Origin: Lama guanicoe
Lineage: Eukaryota
DNA: 64,000 nt
NCBI GenBank assembly: GCA_013239625.1
Contig: MU053881.1
Location: 10,716,873 to 10,780,872 of the forward strand
Reading direction: 5' to 3'
Shown: one piece after another, positions 13,421 through 25,281 of the stretch
Layout: the number at the start of each line of letters is the position of its first letter
How positions within the stretch are numbered: position 1 is the stretch's first letter
Translations under genes and position numbers: made by a program
The notes under the pieces: generated by a model
Databases searched by the model: none
Told to the model about the DNA's origin: nothing
The model's input: the letters and a program-made list of their open reading frames with translations, nothing else

Positions 13421-14221
13421 ATTCATTTAACATGAGAAGTAAAAAATAAAATAATTTTTAAAAGGAATGTTTATTAATTAAAATCAACTTGCAACAGCAG
13501 AAAAATAAACTATCAAAAACAAAAAAGGGAACTAAAACATTTATGTCATTGCTAGTTTAGGGAATTGAGAGATTTATAACATTTACTCGTGTTCCCACAG
13601 GTCCTTTTCTGACTGCAATTTAAGTCAATTCCAAGAGTAAGGAATCCAGATACCCTTTTAAAAAGGAAAAAATATCCTTAGGAGTATGTGTCCAGTCTTA
13701 GAGGTAAGCCCTTCAGGATGATTCATTATATTTGAAACCACACCACTAGGTCAGGTTATGCTATTACACCTTGTAGACACCTAAAGAGAAAGCTCAGTTA
13801 CTTCTAAAAATATAAAAATAAACAAAACTGTCAATGCCAAGAAAACAAATCAAATTATCGAGCCATTTAATGGTGTGGTAATATTTAACTGCTGTTTTTA
13901 AACATACAGTTGCTTTATTCACTCTATTAACCTAGATAGCTACCATTTAACCCAAATCCTATTAAAACATTCTTCTGTACATTTCTAAATACATACATTT
14001 TTCAGTTCTTAAAAAGATGAATTATTTAATTAGAAGTCTTCAATATGTGTGTGTATATAGGTATATACACACATTTTTCTGAGTATCTTCTTTCTTCAGT
14101 ATTCTGCCTAGATTTAGTCCTCTACATCCACATTTAATTAGTTTATGTAAACCTAGTCAAGTCCTTTGACCCCTTCAGGTACTCCATGTACTGTACTTAC
14201 GACACCTACACTTCAGTACTC

Positions 14222-14374
14222 TTTTTTTTTTTTTAATTGAAGTACAGTCAGTTACAGTGTATCAATTTCTGGTGTACAGCACAATGTCCCAGTCAAGCAT
14301 ATAAATACATATATTCATTTTCATATTTTGTTTCATTAAAGGTTATTACAAGATTTTGAACATAGTTTCCGGTG
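14222..14374 (-). mobile_element. 5'-truncated L1 3' end (cetartiodactyl-type) with poly(A)
   Basis: T13 run then aattgaagtacagtcagttac...ctggtgtacagc...tattacaagattttgaacatagtttcc. This is the reverse complement of the element at 63381-63590. Confidence 0.85.
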
Positions 14375-15379
14375 ATTCCTCTTAAAACAAAATGCCACGA
14401 TTCTAATTTAACTCTTCCCATTGTATGTCACGGAGCTATGTTTTGGAGCATTCGTTGAGACAATGGACTTGAAATACTTGGTAAAGAAAGCAATTATGTT
14501 ATTGTTTGGTGAAGTACAGATTCAGTAGGCTACTTGACAACTGAGTAAGCTTACTCTAAAAAATACATCTTTTTACATTCTTTCTTTCATGGGCCCCATT
14601 ACCATAAAAGACTCCTCCGATTTCATAATATTCATAGGATGGAAATTCACGATCAACTGACTATATAATTCAAGTAACGTTTCATCCATGCAACAGACAA
14701 CAAGTCTGTATTTCAACTAGTTCAAATATTCAACCCAATATAAAGAAATATAAAGAAATCCTAAGTTCCATTGGCTCATATAAACTTGGTTTTCTCCTTA
14801 CATTTGTAATAGTGCAGCCTGACCATTACAGCCATTTCAGGGATCTAGGATGGCCTCTAGACTATTTCTTTTCTATGAGTCAGAAAGAGGCTAAGCTATT
14901 CGAACACAATTTAATCACGTTTCTCCCACTGCTCTGTGGATGATTTTCATGTCAACAGGTCTACAGCCTGCTTACCAGATACAGGGGTGGAAATAAAGTA
15001 CCACTCACTGACTCTTGAATGGCAGGACACAGGCTGTGCAAAGACCATGATAAGAAAGAATAAACTTTCATTCTCTGCTTAAACAGTCCTGTAGCCCTCC
15101 CATATCCTCCCCTCTGTCTGCCAGGCTCATCACTGTCACCTCAGTGGAGCCCAGGGGTCTCAAAGAGGAGTATTTTGTTGTTGACAAGAAAATAGGAGGC
15201 TTGTATTCCTCTGAAGAAACACAGCACTTGGAATACAGTACCACTCCTTAATGATAATGTGTTACTATATTTATTCAATAATTTACGTTGAATAAAATAG
15301 GGGCATTTCTACATGAAGCCCATTCAACTCCCTGTGCTTGTTAATAAGGGCACACAGTTAAACAGCCATTAAAGAGACC

Positions 15380-16170
15380 ATGAGCTCTACTGTGTGCTAG
15401 GCAGAGGGTATACCATAGTAGTGAAAAGGAAACAGTCCTCACCACAAATGAACTTAAAATCTCATGCATGAAGGCAAAAAAATAAGTATAAAAATATTTT
15501 AAGTACAATTTGAAGGGGGAAAATCACTCTCCAGGTAATGAATACCCTACTCCCATGGAGAATAACACACTTTAGATGGTGTGGCCAGAAAGACCTGATC
15601 TGAGAAGGTAATATTTAAGGGACATTAGAAGGATCTATCCATGTGATATCTGGGAGTTGTTTTCTAGACCAACATAAGAGCACTTGAAAAATGCTCTAAG
15701 AAATGTTCTAGGAATTGATAGAAGATTCGACATGATGCAAAGCAGGGTCCATGGGAAAGAACAGTCTTATACATGGTTGGAATGACAGAGGATGCCAGGT
15801 AATGCAGGTTCTCATAAATTGTGGTACAGATCTTTCTTTTATTTTTTCCTAAAAATGCAAGGAGGGAGAAGTGGTGGGTTTCAAGCAGGGTACCATCATG
15901 CTCTAATTTATGATTAAAATTCTGACTGCTGTGTGGAACATGGATTAAATGAGACAAAGAATGGAATGTGAAAAAAAACATTCTAGATGAGTAGATCATG
16001 TTGGTCTGGATTAGGCTGGGAGAGATGGAGAAAAGTGTATTCATTCAAGATACTTTGGCACTGTAAGTAACAGGACTTGCTAATGCTTTGAATGGTGAAA
16101 ATTTAGGAGAAGAAAATGAGTAGGGTTATGTCAGGATTCTGGATTAAGTAACATACCTGTAGCACCATCA
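15380..16170 (-). mobile_element. L2 LINE fragment
   Basis: ctactgtgtgctaggc...gtgaaaaggaaacagtcc...ctgactgctgtgtggaacatggatt...gtaacaggacttgctaatg is typical antisense L2. Confidence 0.7.
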
Positions 16171-16259
16171 TTGCCTAAAATATTTCTAAATGTCACTAAA
16201 GAGAAAAATAGATTGATTTTTCGAGCTTTATTAATTATCCCCCTCCCCTGTAAAATCTC

Positions 16260-17029
16260 ATGGAAATGGCCAACAATCATATCAAAAGATGCTCATTATC
16301 ATTAGAGAAATGAATCAGAACCACATCCTCTAGGATGGCTCTTCAAAAAGAAGGAAACTACTAAGTGTTGGCAAGGCTGTAGAGAAATTAGAACCCTCAT
16401 GCATTACTGATGGTGAAGTAAAAAGCTTCAGCCACTATAGGAAAGAGTTTGGCAGTTCCTCAAAAAATTAAAAACAAGATTGCCAAATAACTTAGTAATT
16501 CTACATCTAGGTATATGTTTAAAACAACTGAAAACAGGTACTCAAACATGTACATACACACTCATAGCAGCACTGTTCACAAGACTCCGAAGGTCAAAAA
16601 GGTCCAAGGGTCCATCAGTGGGTGAATTTACAAATTGTAGCAATACATGCAGTAGAATGTTACCCAGCCATAAAGAGTTAAGTACTGACATGTGCTATAA
16701 TGCGGATGAATCTCAAAAACATCATGCTAAGTGAAAGAAGCCAGAAAAAAAAGTCACATATTATATAGTTTCATTAATATCCAGATTATATAGAAAAGAT
16801 AAATTCAAGAGACAGAGTGTAGATTGGTAGTTGTCAGAGACAGTAAGGCAGAGCTACTTCTTAATGGGTAGAGAGTTTCCTTTTAGGGTGTTGAAAGTAT
16901 TTCAGAACGAGACACAAGTGGTGGTCACATGACATTATGAGTGCGCAGAAAGTCACTGGATTATTCACTTCCAAGTGGGTTAGTTTTATAGTTTTATGTT
17001 ATGTGAATTTTACCTCAATAAAAAAAAAA
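16260..17029 (+). mobile_element. L1MB-like 3' fragment with poly(A)
   Basis: aagtgttggcaaggctgtagagaaattagaaccctc, catagcagcactgttcacaa, catcatgctaagtgaaagaagccag, ending tatgtgaattttacctcaataaaaaaaaaa. Confidence 0.85.
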
Positions 17030-18799
17030 TCATGGACATGTGATTTTTATATTTTGAGGTAAAGCTAATAATTTCCAAAGGAACACACACAAAAACATAC
17101 TGAGAATACAAAGCTTCTTCGAAAGCACAAGTATTCAAAAGGCATTAAGTGTCTAACAAGCCATCAGTACATCATCTACCCAACCACTGAGTCACTGATC
17201 AAGTATTTATTAAGCTTCTACCAGATGCTGGCCCCTACTAGTTCTGGCTATACACTGATATATAGTCTGTCTTTAAAAGATGGACTGTATAATAGGTGAA
17301 GAGAAACATTTTAATATATGCATGAGTAACTATTTTCTAATCTGTCAATGGGGATACTGACCTCTACCCCACTGATTTATGTGGATCAGATGAGAAAACC
17401 CGTAAACACACTTAAGAGAGAATCCATCAACTGATGCACAGGTTCATGGTCCATAAAGGCTGTTTCCCATGGCCTTTCCCTCTGGTTAATTTCCCACTCA
17501 TATCTAACAATGGGAAAAATCTAGCTTTAAACTAATAAATGCGTGGTTTGTTATCAGTGGTGGTCATTTCTCTGATATATGGCCTTTTTCCTCCATTCTT
17601 TCTTTGGTTCAAGCTATTTTTACCTTTCTAAAATATAGGAGATCTCTTAGAGGCTATTCATTCAGCTGTACACCACAAATTGAAGAAACTAAAGGTGGTA
17701 TCACATGTAACTATCCATTCTTTACAGAGCTAGTTCATATACACTTCAGCCAACACCCCAGGGCTTCTGCTCAAAGTCGAGCGCTACTCATGGAATCCTA
17801 CACTTTGCTACATCTATGCGAAGCTCTAGTGACAGAAGTGAAACAGGGTACAGCCTGACTGTCAAAGGGCCAGGTCTAATGAATTATAACTCTGGAATTC
17901 TAATTATCATTATATGCTACTAACCATCTAATTCCTTATATAAAGGTTTTTTTTAAGCTTCTTGATGTTTCCAAATAATTTTTTTCTGAATAAAAAAAAA
18001 TACAACTCTATACTCAATAAGTAAAACTTACAGCTTGAGGTCTTATACTGTGTTGACCAAAAAATAAAAAATTATGCTTTCAAAATTATAAAGCAAGTAA
18101 AAAATGCCTCATGTTAGAAAAAGCTGGAAATAGATCTATTAAAAATTTGGCAAAATTAAATGGCATTTAACTAAGAAATGACTGCTAATAGCAAATGGGT
18201 ATATTTCCTTCTTGTTCTTTTCATATTGTAGTTCATCTTTTTTGAGTTGCAGCTCCAGGGTAGAATGGATATAGTTTGATCCAGTCTGTATTTTCTGTCT
18301 CATCTGGAACTTTTAACAAAAAACACAAGATATTGTAACTAATCTTTAGCACATCTGGCCTCCAGGCACCCAGATTTTAATTCCATACTTGCCATGACAA
18401 TTTTACTAAAAATACATGACTGAGTCCTTTGACTTCTCCCCCACTTCCAGATGTACCAACCCTCCTGCTGTCATCTCTGAGCTATTAATTAAAATGAATA
18501 GATACAGCTGAACACACATCTCTAAATGATCTGTATGGTCTTTTGCTCCAGGGATGGCATATTCAAATATCAGGAGTACTTTCTACTCGGAAAGATAGGA
18601 GTAGGATGAGAAAAAGTACCCCTGTATTCCACAGTCAACAGGCCATCTAGAATGTGGAGCAGGAACGCTGGGATGATGCTGGGTTGTGAGACTGGGAAGA
18701 TTGGAGTCCTGCTCAATGCATCGCTCAGCTTGGTTGGGGAGAAAAAAATACACTCCAATGACAGCTACATCAGTAACTATAATGATAGTCCAGAGGTGG

Positions 18800-19150
18800 T
18801 GGGGGGCTCTAGATGGAAGGATGAAGATTAAACAGATGTTGGAAGGTAATGAGATGGGAGGGGAGAATGATGTGAGTATTCCAAACAGAACCATCATGTG
18901 GACAGTCAGGGGACCGAGAGAGAGTGCCGAACCACACTGTAGGAATTCTAAGGAGTTCGTGATTGACAGAGCATAGAACACAAGTTAAAGGGACTAGAAT
19001 ATCTAGAGATGAGTCCAAGAGGATAGCAATTAAACCATGTAAGGCCCCGACAGTGGGCTAAGTAGTCTGAACTTGAATCCAAGGGCTCCATCTTTCTAAG
19101 GCATGTGTGAGGAACCTGGGATTGGAGAGGAGCATGAGGAAGGGAGACTG
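18800..19150 (-). mobile_element. Very old L2 fragment
   Basis: Purine-rich antisense-L2-like pattern (gaaggatgaagattaaacag...gtattccaaacag...ctgaacttgaatccaaggg). Highly diverged. Confidence 0.4.
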
Positions 19151-20429
19151 ACTAGGGTCACCCTCTGCTTTTTCTCCCCATCCTTTGACTTGTGCCCAAC
19201 TCTTAGTCCTTCACATTCCTTAAGTATTTCCTGAGCACTCATTTTGTGATGAGGATGGTCCCTAAGAGGAACAAAAGTAAAATCCAGACATATTCTATAC
19301 CTTCCCTGGGGCACAGAATTTAATAGTGGAGCAGGCAAGTCTATAAATTCTTACAAAACAACGTGGTTAGGGCCTAGAAGAGGGCCAGACGGGCCTGTGT
19401 GAGAACAGGGAAGAGCTAACTCACCGTAGCTTGGGTGGAATGAGGGATGGACACAGAAGGCTTTGAGTCGGACACTGAGGCTTTGGAGGCACGGAACGTT
19501 ATCACAGGAGGTAGCTGCAGAATGGGCTAGGGGGTGGGCAGGCCGAGGGAGGGTGGGAGAGGTACAGTGAAGACTGAAGCTTAAGTGGGCTATTCTGGGA
19601 CCAACTGACAGAGCAGGACCCACCTTCCAGGAGGCCTCCCAAGGACCCAGCCCTGGTCACAGCACAGCCTGGGGCAGGAGGGGGAGCCACAATGGCCAAG
19701 AAAGCCAGAGTCAAAGGGTCAGGGTCAGGCTGGACACATCCTCTCCACGCCCACCGCCCGCCCCGTGGGGCTGCTCTCCTCCCTGCTCCCGCCTCCCTGA
19801 GAGTCCTTCCTCTCCCCTTCATCCTCCCTTACCTCCCGCGTTGTTGTGATTCTCCCCCACCCCCACCCCCAGCCAGCTCCAACTTCTCTCTCCCTTAGTC
19901 ACACACACTATCTGGGAAAGGTTTCTTTCCTTTTTTAAAAATAACATATTTATATTCCTGAGCTCCTCTTTTGAGGAGGAAAAAAAAGATGAGTTTAGCT
20001 ATATATTTAAAAAAAAAAAAGGACAGCATTTTTCTCGTGCATGGCTCTGCACTGATTTTTTAAAAACGTAGATTGAGAATGAAAGAAAAGGAAGAAAAAA
20101 AGGGGAAAAAAAATGTTTCCGTATCTCTCAGATAGCTCTGCTCAGTGGTTTGTCCTCTGACTTTAATAACAAAGAGCCATGAGGCGCAATCAGTGTTGAG
20201 TACAATGGTCTCTTTACCACTCTTACTAGCGATGCCAATCTTAGCATATTTCATGATTCTAGTGTCACTTAAAAATCCGTGTCCTCTCAACATACGATTG
20301 AGTATTACTGTTTGGACATACCAGGTTTAATATACTATAATACTGTTTTCATGGGTAAATCCTGCACAAAGCTGCCCATTTTCTAAGGATGTGCTAAAAC
20401 ACGTGCCAGGTGGGAAAGAGGGCTATCTG

Positions 20430-20800
20430 GTAAAAAGGGCTTAGATCAGGCTCCAGACAGATTTGCAGATAAAGCTCATCTCTACCACTTACTAGCTTTG
20501 CCACTTTGGGCAGGTTTCTTGACCTCTACAAGCTCTTCTTGAATTTGTGAAATGAGTATAATTCCTTCTTTGAGGATTTTCTTGAGAGCCCCTGACCAGC
20601 CTGCTTGTCTGTCTCCTGTCTTCTCTTCCCTCCTGTCCTCTCTTCCTTCTGAACTCTGCTGAGTGGCAAACAGGTGCTGACTAGAGCAAGCCTCTGAACT
20701 TTAATAAAGGCAAAGTTAATTGTGAAGTTTAAATGAGATGCATGAAGCACTGGTCCAGTGCTGGCACATCATTAGCACCCAATAAAGGTCAGTTATTCTA
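20430..20800 (+). mobile_element. MIR SINE split into two pieces
   Basis: ctctaccacttactagctttgccactttgggcaggtttcttgacctct...gtgaaatgag, then after ~125 bp ttaaatgagatgcatgaagcac...tggcacatcattagcacccaataaa. Confidence 0.7.
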
Positions 20801-23699
20801 TTCTTATTGTACACACGGTTTGTCCAATAATTTACCAAGCAAACACCTTTATAGCTTCTGAAAAATGAGGAGTGTTTCCTTGTTACAGTGTACCTGTCAC
20901 CTAAGCTTGATCCTGTTTTCATTTATTGCTCATTAACTGCAAATTCTTAGAAGCAAAAAAGAAATTGGCACAGACCAGTTACTTTTCACCTGTAGAAGGC
21001 ACATTAGCAATTTTAAAAATAAATTCTTGGTTAATTTCTACATGGAGGTTAAAAAAACTAAACTATAGAAGGGTGGAGCTGATAAATTTTTCAATCGTTG
21101 CTTTTTTTCCCTTCAATCATTGCTTCTTAACGTAACAGCTCACACTTTAAAATTTTAATGTGTATTACAAAGACAATATAAAAATGGCATACACCAGTCT
21201 AATATGATAAAAGTGTCATTATGACCTTCATGGATTTTTGTCTAGCCCAGGTAATCCCAGTAAACCCTACAGATTGAAGAAGCATCTTCAATCATTTCAC
21301 TGCTCTTGTCCTTGACTGTGTTTTTTTTTTTCTTTTTACGCATTTCTTGCTAATGCATCTTTCTTTATTTCTTAAAAGACTGGCATTAAAATGGGAAGGC
21401 TTTAAATGAAAGTTTGTGACTTGTGAACGGACTGGCTTAGATCCTGATACTCTAGATTTTACTTGTTTTAATTGTATTAGAAATGTCTATTGTGTGTTTT
21501 GCTGTTTTAAAATAGTCAGCTTTTCATTTTTTTTTTGAAAAAGATTTACGGTTCTGTTTTAAGAAACCTCGAGGTAATTTTTGTCATGTAAATTTCCATT
21601 TGAAGGAACAGACTTGCAAAGCATTAACATTAAAGTGGCCCTATTTCAGGCCACTCTACCTGAGATTAAGTGGACCAAAGGAAAAGCCATGCGAGGAGAA
21701 TAGAAAGGAGGTAGGAGGGCCTGACCCCATCATTCTCTGCCTGTAGGCCTAGGAAAGTCTGGTATCTGATTCTCTGGTCCGTCTACTGGTATACCATGAC
21801 CTCTGACCCAGCCATAGAAATGAAGTTCATTTAGCAACACATTAAAAAAGTGAGGGGTCACTGAAAAGGTATGAACTGTCTTCAACTTGGACACTGGTAG
21901 TAATGCAAAATTCTGCAAGACCATAGAAATGAGACATCATTTACTCCCTGGAAAGGGCTCTATTAAGGACACTGGGTTTTATTCAGTCTAAACATTAAGT
22001 TAGATAGCAGAGATGTGAAGACAATGACAGGGGAGGGATTTAGAAGGGTAATGAGGCAGGAGAGGGATCTGAAGCTTGAATGCTGATGAGGTGGTGAGAG
22101 GCAAGCCACAAACCAAATCTCAAATATTTTGCAACTTCGCCCGAGGCCAATCCTATAGTTTGAGAAAGAGAAGGCATTGCGCCCCCCCCCCATCCCTCTC
22201 TCCTTCTCAGGTCTGTTTTGCCTGCCCCAGCGCAATCCAAATGGTCCATCTTTCCAACCCAGCACAAGTCATCTTCTGCTGACACAGGAGATCGGCTCGT
22301 TTTCCCCTAGTTCACACTCAGTTACGATGGCAGGTATTACAGCAATATCCTCTCTTCCAAAGGAGGCGTCTAGTTACCCAAAAGAGAATAGAAGAGAGAA
22401 ATTCAGGCAGCTGTGGTCAAAGAGTCTGAGTAGAGGGCCGCTATGTGTAGGGCACGCCACAATTGCTGGAGGGCTGTTGTCTGCTCTTGCCGAAATACAC
22501 AGAGCTGATATGCATGTGCTACTCCAGACAAATTAGTTCTCCCAAACCTCTCACTTTCCTTAATCGGGCTTTGATTTTGGAATGGTGGTAAGAAAGGAAG
22601 GGGTTAACTAGCTTCGAGGTCAAGGGCTACCAGCCATGAGCACATTCATAGGAGACATTATTTTCCAGAACTGTCTTACAAGTGTCTGACAAACTGCTCA
22701 GCATAAAAAGTTAACGTGTAAAAAAAAAATTCTAACTGCTGTCCCTACTATAATACTAGTAAGTGGGATCCCCAGTGAGACAGAAATCTTTAGAGGAGGG
22801 AAGACTATTTCAATTGCCAGCAGTTTGTAGTGAAGATGATAGGAAGTCCCTAATGAGGAAGCCACTAATGAGTCCGGGTAATTTGTTGGTATAGACTGCA
22901 CATTCTGTGTGTTTATGAAATGTAGTGCTAGACAGGTGCTCCTTCCTCACCTTCAAGATCACGATCACAAGGAATAGAGAGAAATGTGCTGCATGATCTG
23001 CTCCCTACAAAATTCATACTCTTCATTTAGGAAGACCAGCCAAATAACTCTTCATTCACACAAAAAAATACTATCTATTGTTTTCAGGAATAGCCAGGAC
23101 TGTGATGTGTTCTAATAGCAAATATTCCAGAGTGAACACTTAACAATGTGGGCTAAACCTCTGTAGATACATAATTTTTTATCTGAGGCAAGAACAGAAA
23201 CTCGGAGGACAGAAGAAAGTGCTACTCTCCATCTGAAGAAGAGCAGCTCTCAGGGCTCAGGGACCAGAGACGGTCAGCTAGAGCTTCCTTGTAGCAGGGC
23301 CAGGGCAGTGGACTCCAAAGCAAAGTTGGAGTCCCAGTTTAAGTATGTCTTTCTAATTCTCTCCTGCATCCTCAAATCAGGAATAAAGTTTGCAAATCAG
23401 TACAAATTAGTGTCAGCTTGGTCTTATCTAAGCTTGGGGGAAGAAGAGGAGGAGCTATGGATATAGTTGAGGGCAAAGTGGGGTGTAGAGAGGTAGAGCA
23501 GCAAGAGATGCGCAAGCATCTCCTAGGAACTGCCCTACAAAGATGCAGGCACCATCCCAGGACCCTCTGAGGGGGCCACATTTCTACAAGTTATGCAGCA
23601 CGATGATTTCCATGATTCTATATGAAGACGAAAACTAAGTGACTCTTGAAGGCTAGAAAATTTGATATTCTTTGAGTTAAAAATAACTTTTTATATTTT

Positions 23700-23940
23700 T
23701 TCCAGCATTTCCTTGAGCCAGACATTGTCCTGGAACAGATCTTGTTTCATTTAATTCTCATAATAACTCAATGAAATGGTTATAGTCATTATCATACAAT
23801 TATTATAATCATTTTGAAGATGAGTGGACAAAGGTTCTAAGAGACTCAGTTTTTTGCCCAAAGTCATATAATGATTAAGGAGCAAATCTAATTCATACTC
23901 AGATCAACCTAACCTTTTAACCGTTGTGATGTACTAACTT
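23700..23940 (-). mobile_element. MIR SINE
   Basis: gccagacattgtcct...tcatttaattctcataataactcaatga...cattttgaagatgag...ttgcccaaagtcata. Confidence 0.7.
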
Positions 23941-24167
23941 TAGCAGGATAAACAATCTATGAAACTTTGCAGTTTTCTTGTGAGAGAAAACAAAACACTC
24001 TTTCTTCTCAAGACAACCCCAAATTGTCCATGAGGAGGTCACTCTTCAACTTCCATCTCAAGCTATAAGATATCGGTCACATATGTAATTTCTGCAGAAG
24101 ATGGGGGCCTGAGCACATAAAGCATGACCAGGGCCCAGGACACAAGCCTGAGTTGCTCTGTTTCCTT

Positions 24168-25281
24168 CAAAGAAATGGAAAAATATCCAATGCTCTTGGA
24201 TTCCAGTAACTAATATTGTTAAAATGGCCATGCTACCTAAAGCAATCTACAGATTTTAATGTGATCCCTATCAAATTATCCATGGCATTTTTCACAGAAC
24301 TAGGACAAATAATCCTAGAATTGATCTGGAACCACAAAAGACTCAGAATTGCAAAGCAATACTGAGGAAAAGGGATAAAGCTGGAGGCATAACTTTCCCA
24401 GACTTGAGACAGTAGTACAGAGATACAGTAATCAAAACAGTGTAGTATTGGCACAGAAACAGACATAGATCAATGGAACGGAACAGAGAGCCCAGAAATA
24501 AACCCGCACACTTACAGTCAATTAATCTTCAACAAAGGAGGCAAGAATATACAATGGTGAAAAGACAGGCTCTTTAGCAAGTGGTGCTGGGAAAACTGGA
24601 CAGCTGCTTGTAAATCAATGATGTTAGAATGCTCCCCCACACCATACACAAAAATAAGCTCAAAATTACTTAAAGTCTTAAGACATGACACCATACAACT
24701 CCTAGAAGAGAACATAGGCAAAACATTCTCAGACATAAATCATGGTGATGGTTTCTTAGATCAGTCTCCCAAGGGAAAAGAAGTAAAAGCAAAAATAAAC
24801 GGGACCTAATCACTTACAAGATTTTGTGCAGCAAAGAAAATCATAAACAAAACCAAAAGACAATCTATGGACTGGGAAGAATATCTGCAAATGATATAAT
24901 CAACAAGGGATTAATTTCCAGAATATACCGACAGCTCATACAGCTCACTATCAAAAAACAACAAACAAGCCAATCAAAAAGTGGGCAGAAGACTTGAATA
25001 GAAATATCTTCAACGACATCTAGACAGCCAACAGGTGCAAAGATATTTATCATCACTAACTATTACAGAAATGCAATCAAAATTACAATGAGCTATCACC
25101 TCACACCAGTCAGAATGGCCATCAACAAAAAGTCTACAAATCAAATGCTGGAAACAGTGTGAAGAAAAAGAAAACCCTCGTACACTGTTGGTGGGAATAT
25201 AAATTGGTGCAGCCACTATGGAGAACAGCATGGAGGTTCCTTAAAAAACTAAAAATAGAGTTACCATATGACCCAGCAATT
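24168..25281 (+). mobile_element. Internal L1 ORF2 fragment (no 3' UTR, no poly(A))
   Basis: Translates from 24173 as [28 protein letters not shown], later TPYTKISSK...[11 protein letters not shown], and ends at gagttaccatatgacccagcaatt (ELPYDPAI). Frameshifted. Confidence 0.92.

Noticed and set aside
24233..25231. Cluster of ORFs on both strands
   Set aside because: They are sense and antisense readings of a frameshifted L1 ORF2 fragment, not host genes.
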